From the NCBI GenBank assembly GCA_963822965.1, contig CAWGJT010000010.1, positions 160,001 to 224,000 of the forward strand: DNA of 64,000 bases. Reading direction: 5' to 3'. The notes below the pieces were generated by a model. It was not told the DNA's origin. It was given only the letters and a program-made list of their open reading frames with translations, and did no database searches. The translations under genes and the position numbers were made by a program. Below, in pieces: positions 1-9,428 of the stretch. Every line of letters begins with the position of its first letter. Position 1 is the stretch's first letter. The stretch is from an uncultured delta proteobacterium. Its GTDB lineage: Bacteria > Myxococcota_A > UBA9160 > UBA4427.

Positions 1-25
1 GAAGGGGCAGCGGACAGTCTCGCGC

Positions 26-706
26 GTGAAGCGGCTCCGGGTCTGGGTGGTGCTGGTGGTCGCCGCGTGGTCGGTCGCGCCGCAATCGCCCCGGGTGGCG
101 GACCCGGGACGGCCCGCGCGCGAGGTCGAGGGCCGGGTCGTCGGGATCACGGACGGCGACACGTTGACGCTCCTGGTGGGACGCGAGCCCGTCCGCATCC
201 GCCTCGCGCAGATCGACGCGCCCGAGAAGAAGCAGCCCTACGGAAACGCCGCTCGGCAGGCCCTGTCCGCCCTCGCGTTCGGCAAGCAGGCGCGGGTCGA
301 GGTCGTGGACACGGATCGCTACGGGCGTACGGTGGGCGAGGTCTTCGTCGACGGCGTTCACGTCAACCAGGAGATGGTGCGTCAGGGCTACGCCTGGGCG
401 TACACCCGCTACTCGCGTTCGCTCGCGATCGTCGAGATCGAAGACGAGGCCCGAGCCGCCGAGCGAGGGCTCTGGTCCCTGCCCGCCGAGCAGCGCGAGG
501 CTCCTTGGCTCTGGCGCCACCGGGGAGGAGCGCCGGCGAAGACGCCGCCTCCATCCGCGCCTCTCGCCTGCGGCAGCCGACGCACCTGCAAGCAGATGGC
601 GACGTGCCGGGAGGCCCGCTTCTACCTCGAGACGTGCGGGCTGACGCACCTCGACGGGGACGGGGACGGCGTACCGTGCGAGACGCTGTGCGGGCCGGGA
701 CGGTAG
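26..706 (+). CDS. Secreted thermonuclease (SNase family) with C-terminal Excalibur Ca-binding domain
   Basis: Signal-like N-terminus; DGDT, RIRLAQIDAPE and DRYGRTVG SNase motifs; C-terminal C..C..LDGDGDGVPCE Excalibur motif. Confidence 0.9.
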   Translation: MKRLRVWVVLVVAAWSVAPQSPRVADPGRPAREVEGRVVGITDGDTLTLLVGREPVRIRLAQIDAPEKKQPYGNAARQALSALAFGKQARVEVVDTDRYGRTVGEVFVDGVHVNQEMVRQGYAWAYTRYSRSLAIVEIEDEARAAERGLWSLPAEQREAPWLWRHRGGAPAKTPPPSAPLACGSRRTCKQMATCREARFYLETCGLTHLDGDGDGVPCETLCGPGR

Positions 707-793
707 GCGCACCGCGAGCGTGGGGTCGTGTCCGGTCCGGCATACAATGCCGTCGAGTCGCCGCGCCGCGGCGGAGCCCAGGACGGGAGACGC

Positions 794-1456
794 ATGCTCA
801 CCGAACGCTACCGCGACGCGTTGCTCTTCGCGGCCCGGCTGCATTCCGGGCAGCTCCGCAAGGGGCGGCAGGTGGCGTACCTGAGCCACCTGCTGGCGGT
901 GTCGTCGCTGGTGATCGAGCACGGTGGCAACGAGGACGAGGCGATCGCAGCGCTGCTGCATGACGCCCTGGAGGACCAGGGCGACGACTATCGCAGCGAG
1001 TACCGGCTGCCGCCCTTCGAGGGACGTGACGCGCTGAGGCGCGATCTCGGACTCCGCTTCGGGCCGCGGGTGGTGGAGATCGTGCGCGCGTGTACCGACG
1101 ACGAGGACTTCCGGAAGCCGCCCGAGGGCGAGCTCGGGAGGGTGGAGCAGTGGAAGGAGCGAAAGTCGGCCTACGTCCGCAAGCTGCGACGCAAGCCGGA
1201 CGCGGGCATCCTGCGGGTGTCGTGCGCGGACAAGCTCCACAACGCCCGCGCCCTGCTGATCGACTACGAGGAGGAGGGGGAGGCGACCTGGCAGCGCTTC
1301 CGGGGGCGCACCAAGGCCAACCAGCTCTGGTACCACGGCGCGCTCGCCCGCACCTTCGAGGACCAGGCCGCCCGGCTCGATGACCCGGGGCTGAAGCGCC
1401 TGTCGACGGAGCTGTCGCGGGTGGTGGATCGCATCGCCGAGCTGTCGTTCGACTGA
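794..1456 (+). CDS. HD-domain hydrolase of RelA/SpoT hydrolase (Mesh1/small alarmone hydrolase) type
   Basis: H-x-x-Q-x-RK, YLSHL, AALLHDALED and ADKLHNAR motifs; ATG at 794 follows GGGAGA. Confidence 0.8.
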   Translation: MLTERYRDALLFAARLHSGQLRKGRQVAYLSHLLAVSSLVIEHGGNEDEAIAALLHDALEDQGDDYRSEYRLPPFEGRDALRRDLGLRFGPRVVEIVRACTDDEDFRKPPEGELGRVEQWKERKSAYVRKLRRKPDAGILRVSCADKLHNARALLIDYEEEGEATWQRFRGRTKANQLWYHGALARTFEDQAARLDDPGLKRLSTELSRVVDRIAELSFD

Positions 1457-1472
1457 GCCGCACGATCCTTCG

Positions 1473-2843
1473 TCAGGTTCCGGTGAGCGCGAGCTCGTCC
1501 GCGACGGGCTCGGGCGCGCGGGGCTCCAGTCGAAGGGCCGTCGCAACGGCCAGGCACGCCACCAGGGCGGTGCCGCCCCAGATCCAGGCGAGGGGCAGGC
1601 GGGTCTCGAGGGCGCCGCGCTCGCCGGCGGCGATGACCGCGCCGCCGAGCCCCGTGGCGATGCTGATGGCCACGGCGTCGGCGATTCCCAGGGCGGTGGA
1701 AGTCGACCCCTCCCGGCCGGCCGGTGTGTGGGCCATCGCGCTGGCGGTGGCGGTCAGATAGCCGAGACCCATGCCGAAGCCGCTCAGCGCCCAGGCCGCG
1801 AAGGCCACCGCGATGGGGGTGGCGGGGTCGAGCATCGCAGCCATCGCCGCGATGGCGACGAGCACGCAGGCGGCGCCCAGCAGGCCCAGGGCGCGCATGC
1901 CGAAGCGCGAGACCAGGCTCGCCTGCAGGTGTGCACCGCTCGTCCAGCAGAGGGCCGCCCCGGTGAGCGTCAGCCCGGCCTGCAGGGGCGAGAGCCCGTG
2001 GATCTCGATCAGGGCGAGCGGCACGAACGCCTCGGTGCCGAAGAACGCGAACACCAGCAGGATCTTGAACGCCACGGCGGCGGGCAGCATGGGGCGTGCC
2101 GTGACGACGCCCTCGGGCAGCGCGCGTCGCAGCGGCGGGCCCGTCAGGGCGAGGCCGCAGGCGACGAGCACGAGCTCCTGTGCGGACACGGGCCGCGCCA
2201 GGGCGAAGAGCACGAGCCCGAGCCCCGCCGCGAGGCGGAGCCCGTCCACCAGCTCGGCGCGGGCGCCCGGGCCGGGCGTGCCCGCGCCGAGCCTTCGCAT
2301 GGAGGGGATGCCCAGGGCCAGCGCCAGGACGACCAGCGGCAGCAGCCCGGCGAACACCCAGCGCCAGGACGCGTGGTCCACCAGGGCGCCCGCCGCCGCG
2401 GGCGCGATGAGGGCGGGCACCACCCAGGCCGACGCCTGCAGGGCCAGCACGCGCGGGCGCTCGCCATCGTCGAAGCCGCGGTTGATCACCACGTACACCG
2501 TTGCGGAGACGATGCCGCCCCCGAGCCCCTGGAGTGCGCGTCCGAGCACCAACGCCTCCATGCCGGGCGCCAGCGCGCTGGCGACGAGCCCGGTCGCGAA
2601 GACCGCGAGACCCAGGGCGAAGGGACGGGCGGGACCGCGGCGCGTGGACTCGCCGCCGCCGATCACGAGCCCGACGAGGCTCGCCAGCAGGTAGGCGAAG
2701 AAGACCGCGCCGTAGAGGGAGCGCCCACCGAGGTCGTCCGCGATGACCGGCAGCACCGTCGTCACCGCCAGCTCGTCGAAGGCATGCAGGGTCACGGCCA
2801 GCAGGCTGCCCACGAGCAACACGGATCGAGCCGGGGAGAGCAT
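1473..2843 (-). CDS. MFS drug-efflux-type transporter
   Basis: Many hydrophobic helices; VTTVLPVIADDLGG and GRALQGLGGG MFS motifs; start approximate (2843 or 2870). Confidence 0.85.
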   Translation of the reverse strand: MLSPARSVLLVGSLLAVTLHAFDELAVTTVLPVIADDLGGRSLYGAVFFAYLLASLVGLVIGGGESTRRGPARPFALGLAVFATGLVASALAPGMEALVLGRALQGLGGGIVSATVYVVINRGFDDGERPRVLALQASAWVVPALIAPAAAGALVDHASWRWVFAGLLPLVVLALALGIPSMRRLGAGTPGPGARAELVDGLRLAAGLGLVLFALARPVSAQELVLVACGLALTGPPLRRALPEGVVTARPMLPAAVAFKILLVFAFFGTEAFVPLALIEIHGLSPLQAGLTLTGAALCWTSGAHLQASLVSRFGMRALGLLGAACVLVAIAAMAAMLDPATPIAVAFAAWALSGFGMGLGYLTATASAMAHTPAGREGSTSTALGIADAVAISIATGLGGAVIAAGERGALETRLPLAWIWGGTALVACLAVATALRLEPRAPEPVADELALTGT

Positions 2844-2867
2844 GGCCGCCAGGGTATCCCCCGGCGG

Positions 2868-2897
2868 CAATTAAAGCAATAAAATACTTTACTAAAT
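2868..2897. promoter_or_regulatory. AT-rich promoter/operator upstream of the MFS gene
   Basis: caattaaagcaataaaatactttactaaat, about 30 nt almost all A/T in GC-rich DNA; inverted repeat TAAAG-N10-CTTTA. Confidence 0.5.
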
Positions 2898-2926
2898 GGT
2901 CGAGCGTGGCTGGATGGTCGACGGGC

Positions 2927-5398
2927 TCAGCGCCAGGGCGCCGTGCCCTGCTCCAGCTCTTCCCAGTGGGGCGAGTCGATCTGGCGCGGGTCCATGTGCT
3001 CGACCGCGTAGCGGAGGTAGATCTTCTCGCGCACGAACAGATCGTGGAGATCCGAATCGATGTGACCCTCTCGCGCCAGCGACTCGAGGATCTGCAGGGT
3101 CTGCGACAGGGGCATGCCGGGCTTGTAGGGCCGGTCGCTCGCCGTCAGTGCCTCGAAGACGTCGGCGAGCCCGAGGATGCGCGACTGCATGTCGAGCTGG
3201 TTGCCGGCGAGACCCTTCGGATAGCCGGTCCCATCGACGTGTTCGTGGTGGGCACCGGCGATCGCCGGCACGTTTCGCAGCTCGGCGGGGAAGGGGAGCT
3301 CCTGCAGCAGGTCGATGGTGGCCACGACGTGGTCGTTGATGATCTGACGTTCGTCGGGGTTGAGGGTGCCCCGGGTGATGGTGAGATTCCGGACCTCGTC
3401 CGCGTCGAGCAGCGGCCGCCGGCTGCCGTCGGCCGCCGTCCACGATTGGCTGGCGCCGATCCGGGAGACGCGCGTCCGGTCCCCCTCGGGCATGAACTCG
3501 CCGCCGCGGTTCGCGCCTTCCAGGAAGGAGAGATCTTCGTCGAGCTGCGCCAGCTCGCGCTGGAGCTCACGGGCCTCGCCGAGAGACGCGCCGCTCTCCT
3601 CGTACGCGCGGATCACGAGGTCGCGGCGGAGGATCTCGAAGCGCGTCCGCACCAGCTCGATGCGGTCGAAGATCGTCTCGAGCTTGGTCGCCTTGTCCAT
3701 CACGTGGACGGGCGTGACGACCTTGCCGCAGTCGTGCAGCAGGGCCGCGATGCGCAGCTCGTAGCGTTCCTCCGGCGAGAGCTGGAAGCTCTTCAGGGGG
3801 CCGGACTCCGCGCCGCAGGCCGATTCGGCGATCAGCTCGGTCAGGATCGGAACCATGCGACAGTGCTGACCCGTATAGGCGGATTTCTCGTCGATGGCGC
3901 GGACGGTCAGGTCGATGAGCCCCTCGAACAGGGCGCGCAGGTTGTTGACCAGGCGTTCCTGACGAATGGCGATGGCGGCCTGGGAGGCGAGCGACTCGCC
4001 CAGGTCCACGCGCTCGGCCGAGAAGGCGACGTCGCCGTCTTCGGATGCCAGCAGGACGAGCGCCCCGATCGCGTCGCCCTGGTCGCTGCGCAGCGGGATG
4101 GCGAGCGAGCCGCGTACCTCGATGCCGGAGCTCTCCGCGAAGCGGCGCCACTCGTCGGCCTCGGTCTCGCTGGAGGCTTCCCGGGAATCGCTGCGGACCA
4201 GGTGACCGGTCGAGGCCGCCCTTCGCGCCGCGCTGCGGGGGAAGCCCGGGGCCGGTGACGGATCGGGTTCGCCGCTCGCACGAAGGATCCGCACGCGGAC
4301 GGCGTCCAGGTCGCCGTCCTCCCGGTCGAGGAAGAGCGCGCAGGCGCGGGCGTGCAGCAGCTCGGTCGCTCCCTCCACGATGCGGTCGAGCAGCCGCTCC
4401 AGGTCGCGCTGGCTGGAGAGCGATTGGCCGATCTCGTTGAGCCGGGCGAGGGACGAGACATGCCCCCGGATCTCCTCGGCCATTCGATTGAACGTCTCGC
4501 CGAGATCGTGGAACTCGTCCCGGGACTCGATCGAGACGCGGGCGGCGAGGTTGCCGCCGGCAACCTCGGTCGCGAAGCGGGACAGCGCGTCGAGGGGGAC
4601 CAGCGTCCGACGCAGCTGCACGAGCGTCAGCAGCGATACCAACGCCACCGTCGCGACGGCCACCAGCGGAAACATCGACTCGAAATCCTTCAGGGGGCGC
4701 AGCACGGCGTCCCGCGAGCGGCTCATGCCGACCTGCCAGTCCTCGGCGTCGATGGTGCCGCCGAGGAAGAGGGGCCAGGTGGTGGCCAGGTGGGATTCGG
4801 CTCCGACCTCCAGCTGGAAGTGCTGCCGGGTCGTGGCCCGGCGCCGCGCAGAGACGGCGCGTAGCGTCAACGGGTCGTGCGGGGCGACGAAGAGCAGCCG
4901 GCCCTCCTTCGTTTCGACCCAGTAGCGCTCGTCGGCTCGGCGCCGCAGGGGGACGAAGACGAACTCGGGGTCGAGCTCCGCGACGATCCAGCGGCCCGTC
5001 GCCGCATGCCACAGACGCATCTCGAGGCGCGGATCGTCGTCGCTTCCCTCGATCCGCAGGGTCGAGGTCCGGTCGCGGGGCGCCGGCGTCCCGGTCTCGA
5101 AGCGGTGCGACAGGATCCCGGGGAGCTCGTACGGTTCGGACTCCGAGTCTCGCGCCAGGATGCCCAGGTTGACCTCGGTGATCATGAGGCGCTCGAGGAT
5201 CGACATGCCCGCGGTCTTGGCCTCCCGGCCCACCGCCAGGTAGGCGTCCGACTCCAGCTGGGAGCGCACCTGCTCGTAGCCGAAGAACGCGAACGCGGCG
5301 ACCGGCACCAGGGCGCCCGCCAGGAAGACCACGAAGACCCGGCGTCCGACCCGGGAGCGCAGCGCCCGCACGTCGACGTCGATGCGCCCGATCCGCAT
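2927..5398 (-). CDS. Membrane HAMP-GAF-HD-GYP cyclic-dinucleotide phosphodiesterase
   Basis: Two TM helices flanking a periplasmic domain; HAMP (RDEFHDLGETFNRM); GAF; AALLHDCGK and HHEHVDGTGYP. Confidence 0.9.
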   Translation of the reverse strand: MRIGRIDVDVRALRSRVGRRVFVVFLAGALVPVAAFAFFGYEQVRSQLESDAYLAVGREAKTAGMSILERLMITEVNLGILARDSESEPYELPGILSHRFETGTPAPRDRTSTLRIEGSDDDPRLEMRLWHAATGRWIVAELDPEFVFVPLRRRADERYWVETKEGRLLFVAPHDPLTLRAVSARRRATTRQHFQLEVGAESHLATTWPLFLGGTIDAEDWQVGMSRSRDAVLRPLKDFESMFPLVAVATVALVSLLTLVQLRRTLVPLDALSRFATEVAGGNLAARVSIESRDEFHDLGETFNRMAEEIRGHVSSLARLNEIGQSLSSQRDLERLLDRIVEGATELLHARACALFLDREDGDLDAVRVRILRASGEPDPSPAPGFPRSAARRAASTGHLVRSDSREASSETEADEWRRFAESSGIEVRGSLAIPLRSDQGDAIGALVLLASEDGDVAFSAERVDLGESLASQAAIAIRQERLVNNLRALFEGLIDLTVRAIDEKSAYTGQHCRMVPILTELIAESACGAESGPLKSFQLSPEERYELRIAALLHDCGKVVTPVHVMDKATKLETIFDRIELVRTRFEILRRDLVIRAYEESGASLGEARELQRELAQLDEDLSFLEGANRGGEFMPEGDRTRVSRIGASQSWTAADGSRRPLLDADEVRNLTITRGTLNPDERQIINDHVVATIDLLQELPFPAELRNVPAIAGAHHEHVDGTGYPKGLAGNQLDMQSRILGLADVFEALTASDRPYKPGMPLSQTLQILESLAREGHIDSDLHDLFVREKIYLRYAVEHMDPRQIDSPHWEELEQGTAPWR

Positions 5399-5401
5399 GG
5401 C

Positions 5402-5953
5402 TCAGAAGTTCTCGGCCAGGCCGAAGTAGCTTCCGTTGGCGGCCCGGATCACGTCGTCCCGACTGACCTTGCGGTCCAGCTGCTTCTCGCTCTGGCCGTC
5501 CGCGCCGCGGCTGTACAGGTCGTAGTCGGTGTTGATGGGGACCAGGAAGCGGTCCATGCGCGGTCGCGGCGTCGAGCCGCCTCCCGAGGGCCCGGCGGCG
5601 ACCGCGGGCAGGCCGCTCGGGTCGTTGCCCGCCTGGCCCGGCGGCAGCGTGCCGGCGATCTTGAGATACTGGTAGGGATTGCCCCAGGGATCGAGCGAGC
5701 CGCCCAGGTCGGCGTCGGCCAGGGTGGCCGGCAGCTCGGCGTCGTCGATCTTCAAGGCGTCGAGGGAGCGCGAGATGCCCTGCAGCTCGGCCACGGCACG
5801 CGCGACGCGCGCCTTCTCGATGAACTTGGCGTAGCGAGTGCCCGCGACCGCCGCGAGCGCGCCGACGATGGTGAGGACGATGACGACCTCGACGAGGGTG
5901 AAGCCCTCGATCCTCCGGTGTCGTCGTCTGGGAGAGTTCTGAATCCGCTGCAT
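5402..5953 (-). CDS. Prepilin-type N-methylation domain protein (GspG-like pseudopilin)
   Basis: Basic leader then G|FTLVEVVIVL; DPWGNPY and YDLYSRGADG GspG-like motifs. Confidence 0.85.
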   Translation of the reverse strand: MQRIQNSPRRRHRRIEGFTLVEVVIVLTIVGALAAVAGTRYAKFIEKARVARAVAELQGISRSLDALKIDDAELPATLADADLGGSLDPWGNPYQYLKIAGTLPPGQAGNDPSGLPAVAAGPSGGGSTPRPRMDRFLVPINTDYDLYSRGADGQSEKQLDRKVSRDDVIRAANGSYFGLAENF

Positions 5954-5968
5954 GGGTCGACCGCCGCG

Positions 5969-6520
5969 CTAGCGAAGTCCCTTGAGCGCGTCCCGGAGAT
6001 CCTTCACGAGGTCGATTGCCTCCGGTCCCAGGTCGCAGGTCGCCACGAGATCGTCCGCGACCCGTTCGATGTCTCCCGCCGCCGCGGCGATCCGACGCTC
6101 GCGCTCGGCCAGGTAGGCGAGCATTGCGTTCAGGGCGTCTGTCTCGGTGTGCAGGTAGTCCACCCGGCGGATGGTGATGGGCCGCGGACTCTCGCCGCGC
6201 GCGATGGTCCGGAACGCTGCGACGTAGCGCGCGAGCGGGCCCGTCATCCGCATGTACAGGAGGAACCCGCTGGCCACCGAGGCGACCAGGCAGACGAGGA
6301 CGACCGGCCAGAAGGCGCCGTGCACCTCGAGTGCGTAGCTGGCGATGGCGCCCAGGGCCTCGGGGTCGAGGTCGGACCGGCTCAGCTGGGTCGCGAGAGG
6401 AACGAAGAGGGACAGCGCGATCACCACGCCGAAGCCGAGGGTCACGATCGCGACCGTCGACATCAGCTGTACCCGGAAGGTGTTGAGGGTCCGGCGCTTG
6501 TCGCCAATGGAGTCCGTCAT
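5969..6520 (-). CDS. Two-TM membrane protein with HAMP-like segment and no output domain
   Basis: Two hydrophobic helices, then TGPLARYVAAFRTIARGE...DALNAM HAMP-like segment and a short coiled tail. Confidence 0.7.
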   Translation of the reverse strand: MTDSIGDKRRTLNTFRVQLMSTVAIVTLGFGVVIALSLFVPLATQLSRSDLDPEALGAIASYALEVHGAFWPVVLVCLVASVASGFLLYMRMTGPLARYVAAFRTIARGESPRPITIRRVDYLHTETDALNAMLAYLAERERRIAAAAGDIERVADDLVATCDLGPEAIDLVKDLRDALKGLR

Positions 6521-6924
6521 GATTTCCGTCCCTTCTTCGCGGGGGAAGCCGGCGCCGGAGCGCGCAGCCAGACCTCCTGCCGGTTGTCGAAGCGGAGGGT
6601 CGCGGGCGGGCCGGCCGCGTAGTGGACCCGTACCGCGAGAGTCTCCCGATCGGGGCCCAGGTAGTGCACCGTGTAGAGAGTGTCCGCAGCGGGGACTTCG
6701 GAGGGCTCTGCGCTGACCCCCGTGATGGGCCAGATGTCCATCGTGTACTTGCCCGTGCCGAAGATGACCGAGTTCGGCCGCACCTCGAAGGAGCGTTCCG
6801 CGTAGGCCGCGGCGGTGGTTCGCCAGACGCCCTGGATCTCGGGCGGCGGCGGGCCGCTCGCGCTGCAGGCCAGCAGCACCGAGAGCCCACCGATTCCCAG
6901 CGCGGCAATGGATCGCACGGCCAT
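6517..6924 (-). CDS. Small lipoprotein, hypothetical
   Basis: MAVRSIAALGIGGLSVLLAC lipobox; beta-rich body (IQGVWRT); stop overlaps the next start (ATGA). Confidence 0.65.
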   Translation of the reverse strand: MAVRSIAALGIGGLSVLLACSASGPPPPEIQGVWRTTAAAYAERSFEVRPNSVIFGTGKYTMDIWPITGVSAEPSEVPAADTLYTVHYLGPDRETLAVRVHYAAGPPATLRFDNRQEVWLRAPAPASPAKKGRKS

Positions 6925-7038
6925 CCCCCCCGGCCGGCCGATTCGACGTTTCGACGGGATGCCTTTAGTCGTCGAGGGGAATGCCACCCGGCTCGACGAG
7001 TAAGCTGTCGCCGCCAGGCGACGTGCGCTCGGGTCGGG

Positions 7039-7887
7039 TCAGCCGGCGAGCTTCGCCTTCACCTCGGCGCAGCGATCGAGCACGGGCAGGATCTCGTCCC
7101 GGGCCGCGGGAGGCAGGCCGAAGACGACCCGGTCCACCCCGATCTCCCGGTACCGGGCCGCCACCTTGTCCGAGGCCGCCACGCCGTAGACGCTCACCTC
7201 GAGGCTCGCAGGATCGCGTTCGGCCTCCTCGGCCATGCGACGGAAGGCCGGGATCGCCGATTCCAGGTCGTCTTCGCGGCCCCCGATCGGGATCCAGCCG
7301 TCGCCGTAGCGAACGGCGCGGCGGGCGCCGCCCGGGAAGACACCGCCCACGTGGATCGGCGGGTGTGGCGTCTGCACGGGCTTCGGCCACATGAACAGGG
7401 GCTCGAAGTCCACGTGCTCGCCGTGGTACTCCGCCTCGCTCTGGGTCCAGATCGCCTTCATGGCCTCGATGCGCTCGCGGAGCAGCTTGAAGCGCCCCTC
7501 GAAGGCCGTGCCGTGGTCGGCCATCTCCTCCGCGTTCCAGCCGCCGCCCACGCCGAAGAGGAACCGGCCCCGGGAGATGCGGTCCAGGGAGGCCACCTGC
7601 TTGGCGGTGTGGATCGGGTCGCGCTGGACGACGAGGCAGATTCCCGTGGCGAGCTTGAGGGTGCTCGTGACGGAGGCCGCCGCCGCGAGGGCGACGAACG
7701 GGTCCAGGGTGTCGTAGTACATCTTGGGAAGCTCGGCGCCGCCGGGCCAGGGGGACTTGCGCGACACGGGGATGTGGGAGTGCTCGGCGACCCACAGCGA
7801 CTCGAAGCCGCGCTGCTCCGCCTCGACCGCCAGCTCCGGCAGGCCGATCGAGTAGTCGGTGGGAAAGATCGTGAGTCCGAAGTTCAT
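7039..7887 (-). CDS. LLM-class (F420-dependent-type) oxidoreductase
   Basis: GFESLWVAEHSHIP, LDPFVALAAAA, GRFLFGVGGGWN and PKPVQTPHPPIHVGG motifs. Confidence 0.9.
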   Translation of the reverse strand: MNFGLTIFPTDYSIGLPELAVEAEQRGFESLWVAEHSHIPVSRKSPWPGGAELPKMYYDTLDPFVALAAAASVTSTLKLATGICLVVQRDPIHTAKQVASLDRISRGRFLFGVGGGWNAEEMADHGTAFEGRFKLLRERIEAMKAIWTQSEAEYHGEHVDFEPLFMWPKPVQTPHPPIHVGGVFPGGARRAVRYGDGWIPIGGREDDLESAIPAFRRMAEEAERDPASLEVSVYGVAASDKVAARYREIGVDRVVFGLPPAARDEILPVLDRCAEVKAKLAG

Positions 7888-7942
7888 GCGGGGCCCTCTC
7901 GTCGTTCGTGGCGCGAGGTGTGATGGGCGGAGCGGGCGTAGT

Positions 7943-9151
7943 TCACAGCGCCTCGAAGAACGCGCCCAGCATCGCGAAGCCCCCGGCTCCGCCCACCAGG
8001 CCCTGCTGCATCTTGTTGAGCGTGTAGCCGAAGCCCACCTTCGCGTCCGGGTCGGCCATGCCGATGGAGCCGCCGGCGCCGGGGTGGCCGAACGCCCGGG
8101 GGTTGGGGCTCAGGGGCATGAAGTCCTGGCGCAGCATGAAGCCCAGGCCGAAGCGCATGGGAAGCCCGCCCAGGACGGCGTCCGGGCCGAAGGCCTGCTC
8201 GCGGATCGCGGCGTCGATGGTGTCGGGCTCGAGGATCCTCACGCCGTCCACCTCGCCGCCCCGGGCGAGGGCGCCGTAGATGCGCGCGAGCGCCCGCGCG
8301 GTCGTGTGGCCGTTGGCGGCCGGGATCTCCGCCGCGCGCCATTCGCGCGAGTTCACCTCGCCGCGCTTCTGGGGCGGGTTGACGAAGGCCGCCCCCGTCA
8401 TCGTGTCGGGGTCGCCCATGTCCTGCATGAACTGGCGGAGCGGCTCGGGCAGGTTGTCCGGGAGACTGGGCGCGCCTTTCTCTCCCGAATCGCCGCGTGA
8501 GACGAGCTGCCCGTGCAGGCGCGAGGTGCGGGCGTCGTGCTCGGCGGCGAGGCCGATGTGGAAGTCGGCCTGGAGGGGCGCCGCCACGTGCTCGCGGAAG
8601 TAGCTGCCGAGGCTCTGCCCCGTGATGCGCCGCACGACCTCGCCCACCAGATAGCCGAACGTGATGGCGTGGTAGCCGTGCCGCGTACCCGGCTCCCACC
8701 ACGGCTCCTGGGCGGCCAGCGCCGACGTCATCTGCTCCCAGTCGTAGAGGGCGCCGTGGGGCAGGCGCTCGCGCACGGCCGGCAGCCCCGCCTTGTGGCA
8801 GAGCAGCCAGCGCACCGGCAGGTTCTGCTTGCCAGCCTGGGCGAACTCGGGCCAGTAGGCGGCCACGGGTGCGTCGAGATCGAGCTTGCCCTGCTCGACG
8901 AGGCGATTCGCACAGATGGCCGTCATGCCCTTGGTGGTGGAGTAGACGTTGACGAGGGTGTCCCGCTCCCACTCGGTCTCGCGGTCGAACTCGAGGAAGC
9001 CGCCCCACAGGTCGACGACGGGCTCGCCGTCCAGGGTGAAAGCGACGCTCGCGCCCAGATCGACGCCCTCGCGCAGGTTGCGCTCGAAGACGTCGCGCAC
9101 CGCCTGGAATCGAGGCTCGCAGTGGCCGTGGACGGGGACGGGGCGGGACAT
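7943..9151 (-). CDS. Serine hydrolase, beta-lactamase-like (family VIII esterase type)
   Basis: SxxK (STTK), WEPGTRHGYHAITFG and FGHPGAGGS motifs. Confidence 0.9.
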   Translation of the reverse strand: MSRPVPVHGHCEPRFQAVRDVFERNLREGVDLGASVAFTLDGEPVVDLWGGFLEFDRETEWERDTLVNVYSTTKGMTAICANRLVEQGKLDLDAPVAAYWPEFAQAGKQNLPVRWLLCHKAGLPAVRERLPHGALYDWEQMTSALAAQEPWWEPGTRHGYHAITFGYLVGEVVRRITGQSLGSYFREHVAAPLQADFHIGLAAEHDARTSRLHGQLVSRGDSGEKGAPSLPDNLPEPLRQFMQDMGDPDTMTGAAFVNPPQKRGEVNSREWRAAEIPAANGHTTARALARIYGALARGGEVDGVRILEPDTIDAAIREQAFGPDAVLGGLPMRFGLGFMLRQDFMPLSPNPRAFGHPGAGGSIGMADPDAKVGFGYTLNKMQQGLVGGAGGFAMLGAFFEAL

Positions 9152-9428
9152 CGGGTTCCTCCGGACGAGGGCGCCTCGCCGATCCTAGCCGAGGGAGCTC
9201 GTTGGGCTCCCCTTGCGGCGGAACCACGACCCAGGACTTCGTCTTGGGTCGCGGTCCTGGCCCGGGAGCGGTTGGAGTCGACCGGCCCCCGTGGGTGTGC
9301 GACGATCCGTTCTGCGGGCCCCCGCGCCAGTCGCCCCCGTCGAACGGGCCTTCGCAGCAGACCCTGCAAGCATTCCGATTCCAGCCCCGCCCCCCGCCCA
9401 GAACGCCGAGAGAACATCGAGAGTCCAC

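Noticed and set aside
5402..5953. Type II secretion or type IV pilus locus
   Set aside because: Only one pilin-like gene; no ATPase, platform, secretin or peptidase gene in the window
3567..6908. 1113-aa minus-strand ORF and similar long Arg/Pro-rich ORFs throughout the window
   Set aside because: Alternative-frame artefacts of high GC overlapping well-supported genes; no recognisable motifs
7943..9151. Beta-lactam resistance gene
   Set aside because: No signal peptide, and the motif pattern fits family VIII esterases rather than true class C beta-lactamases
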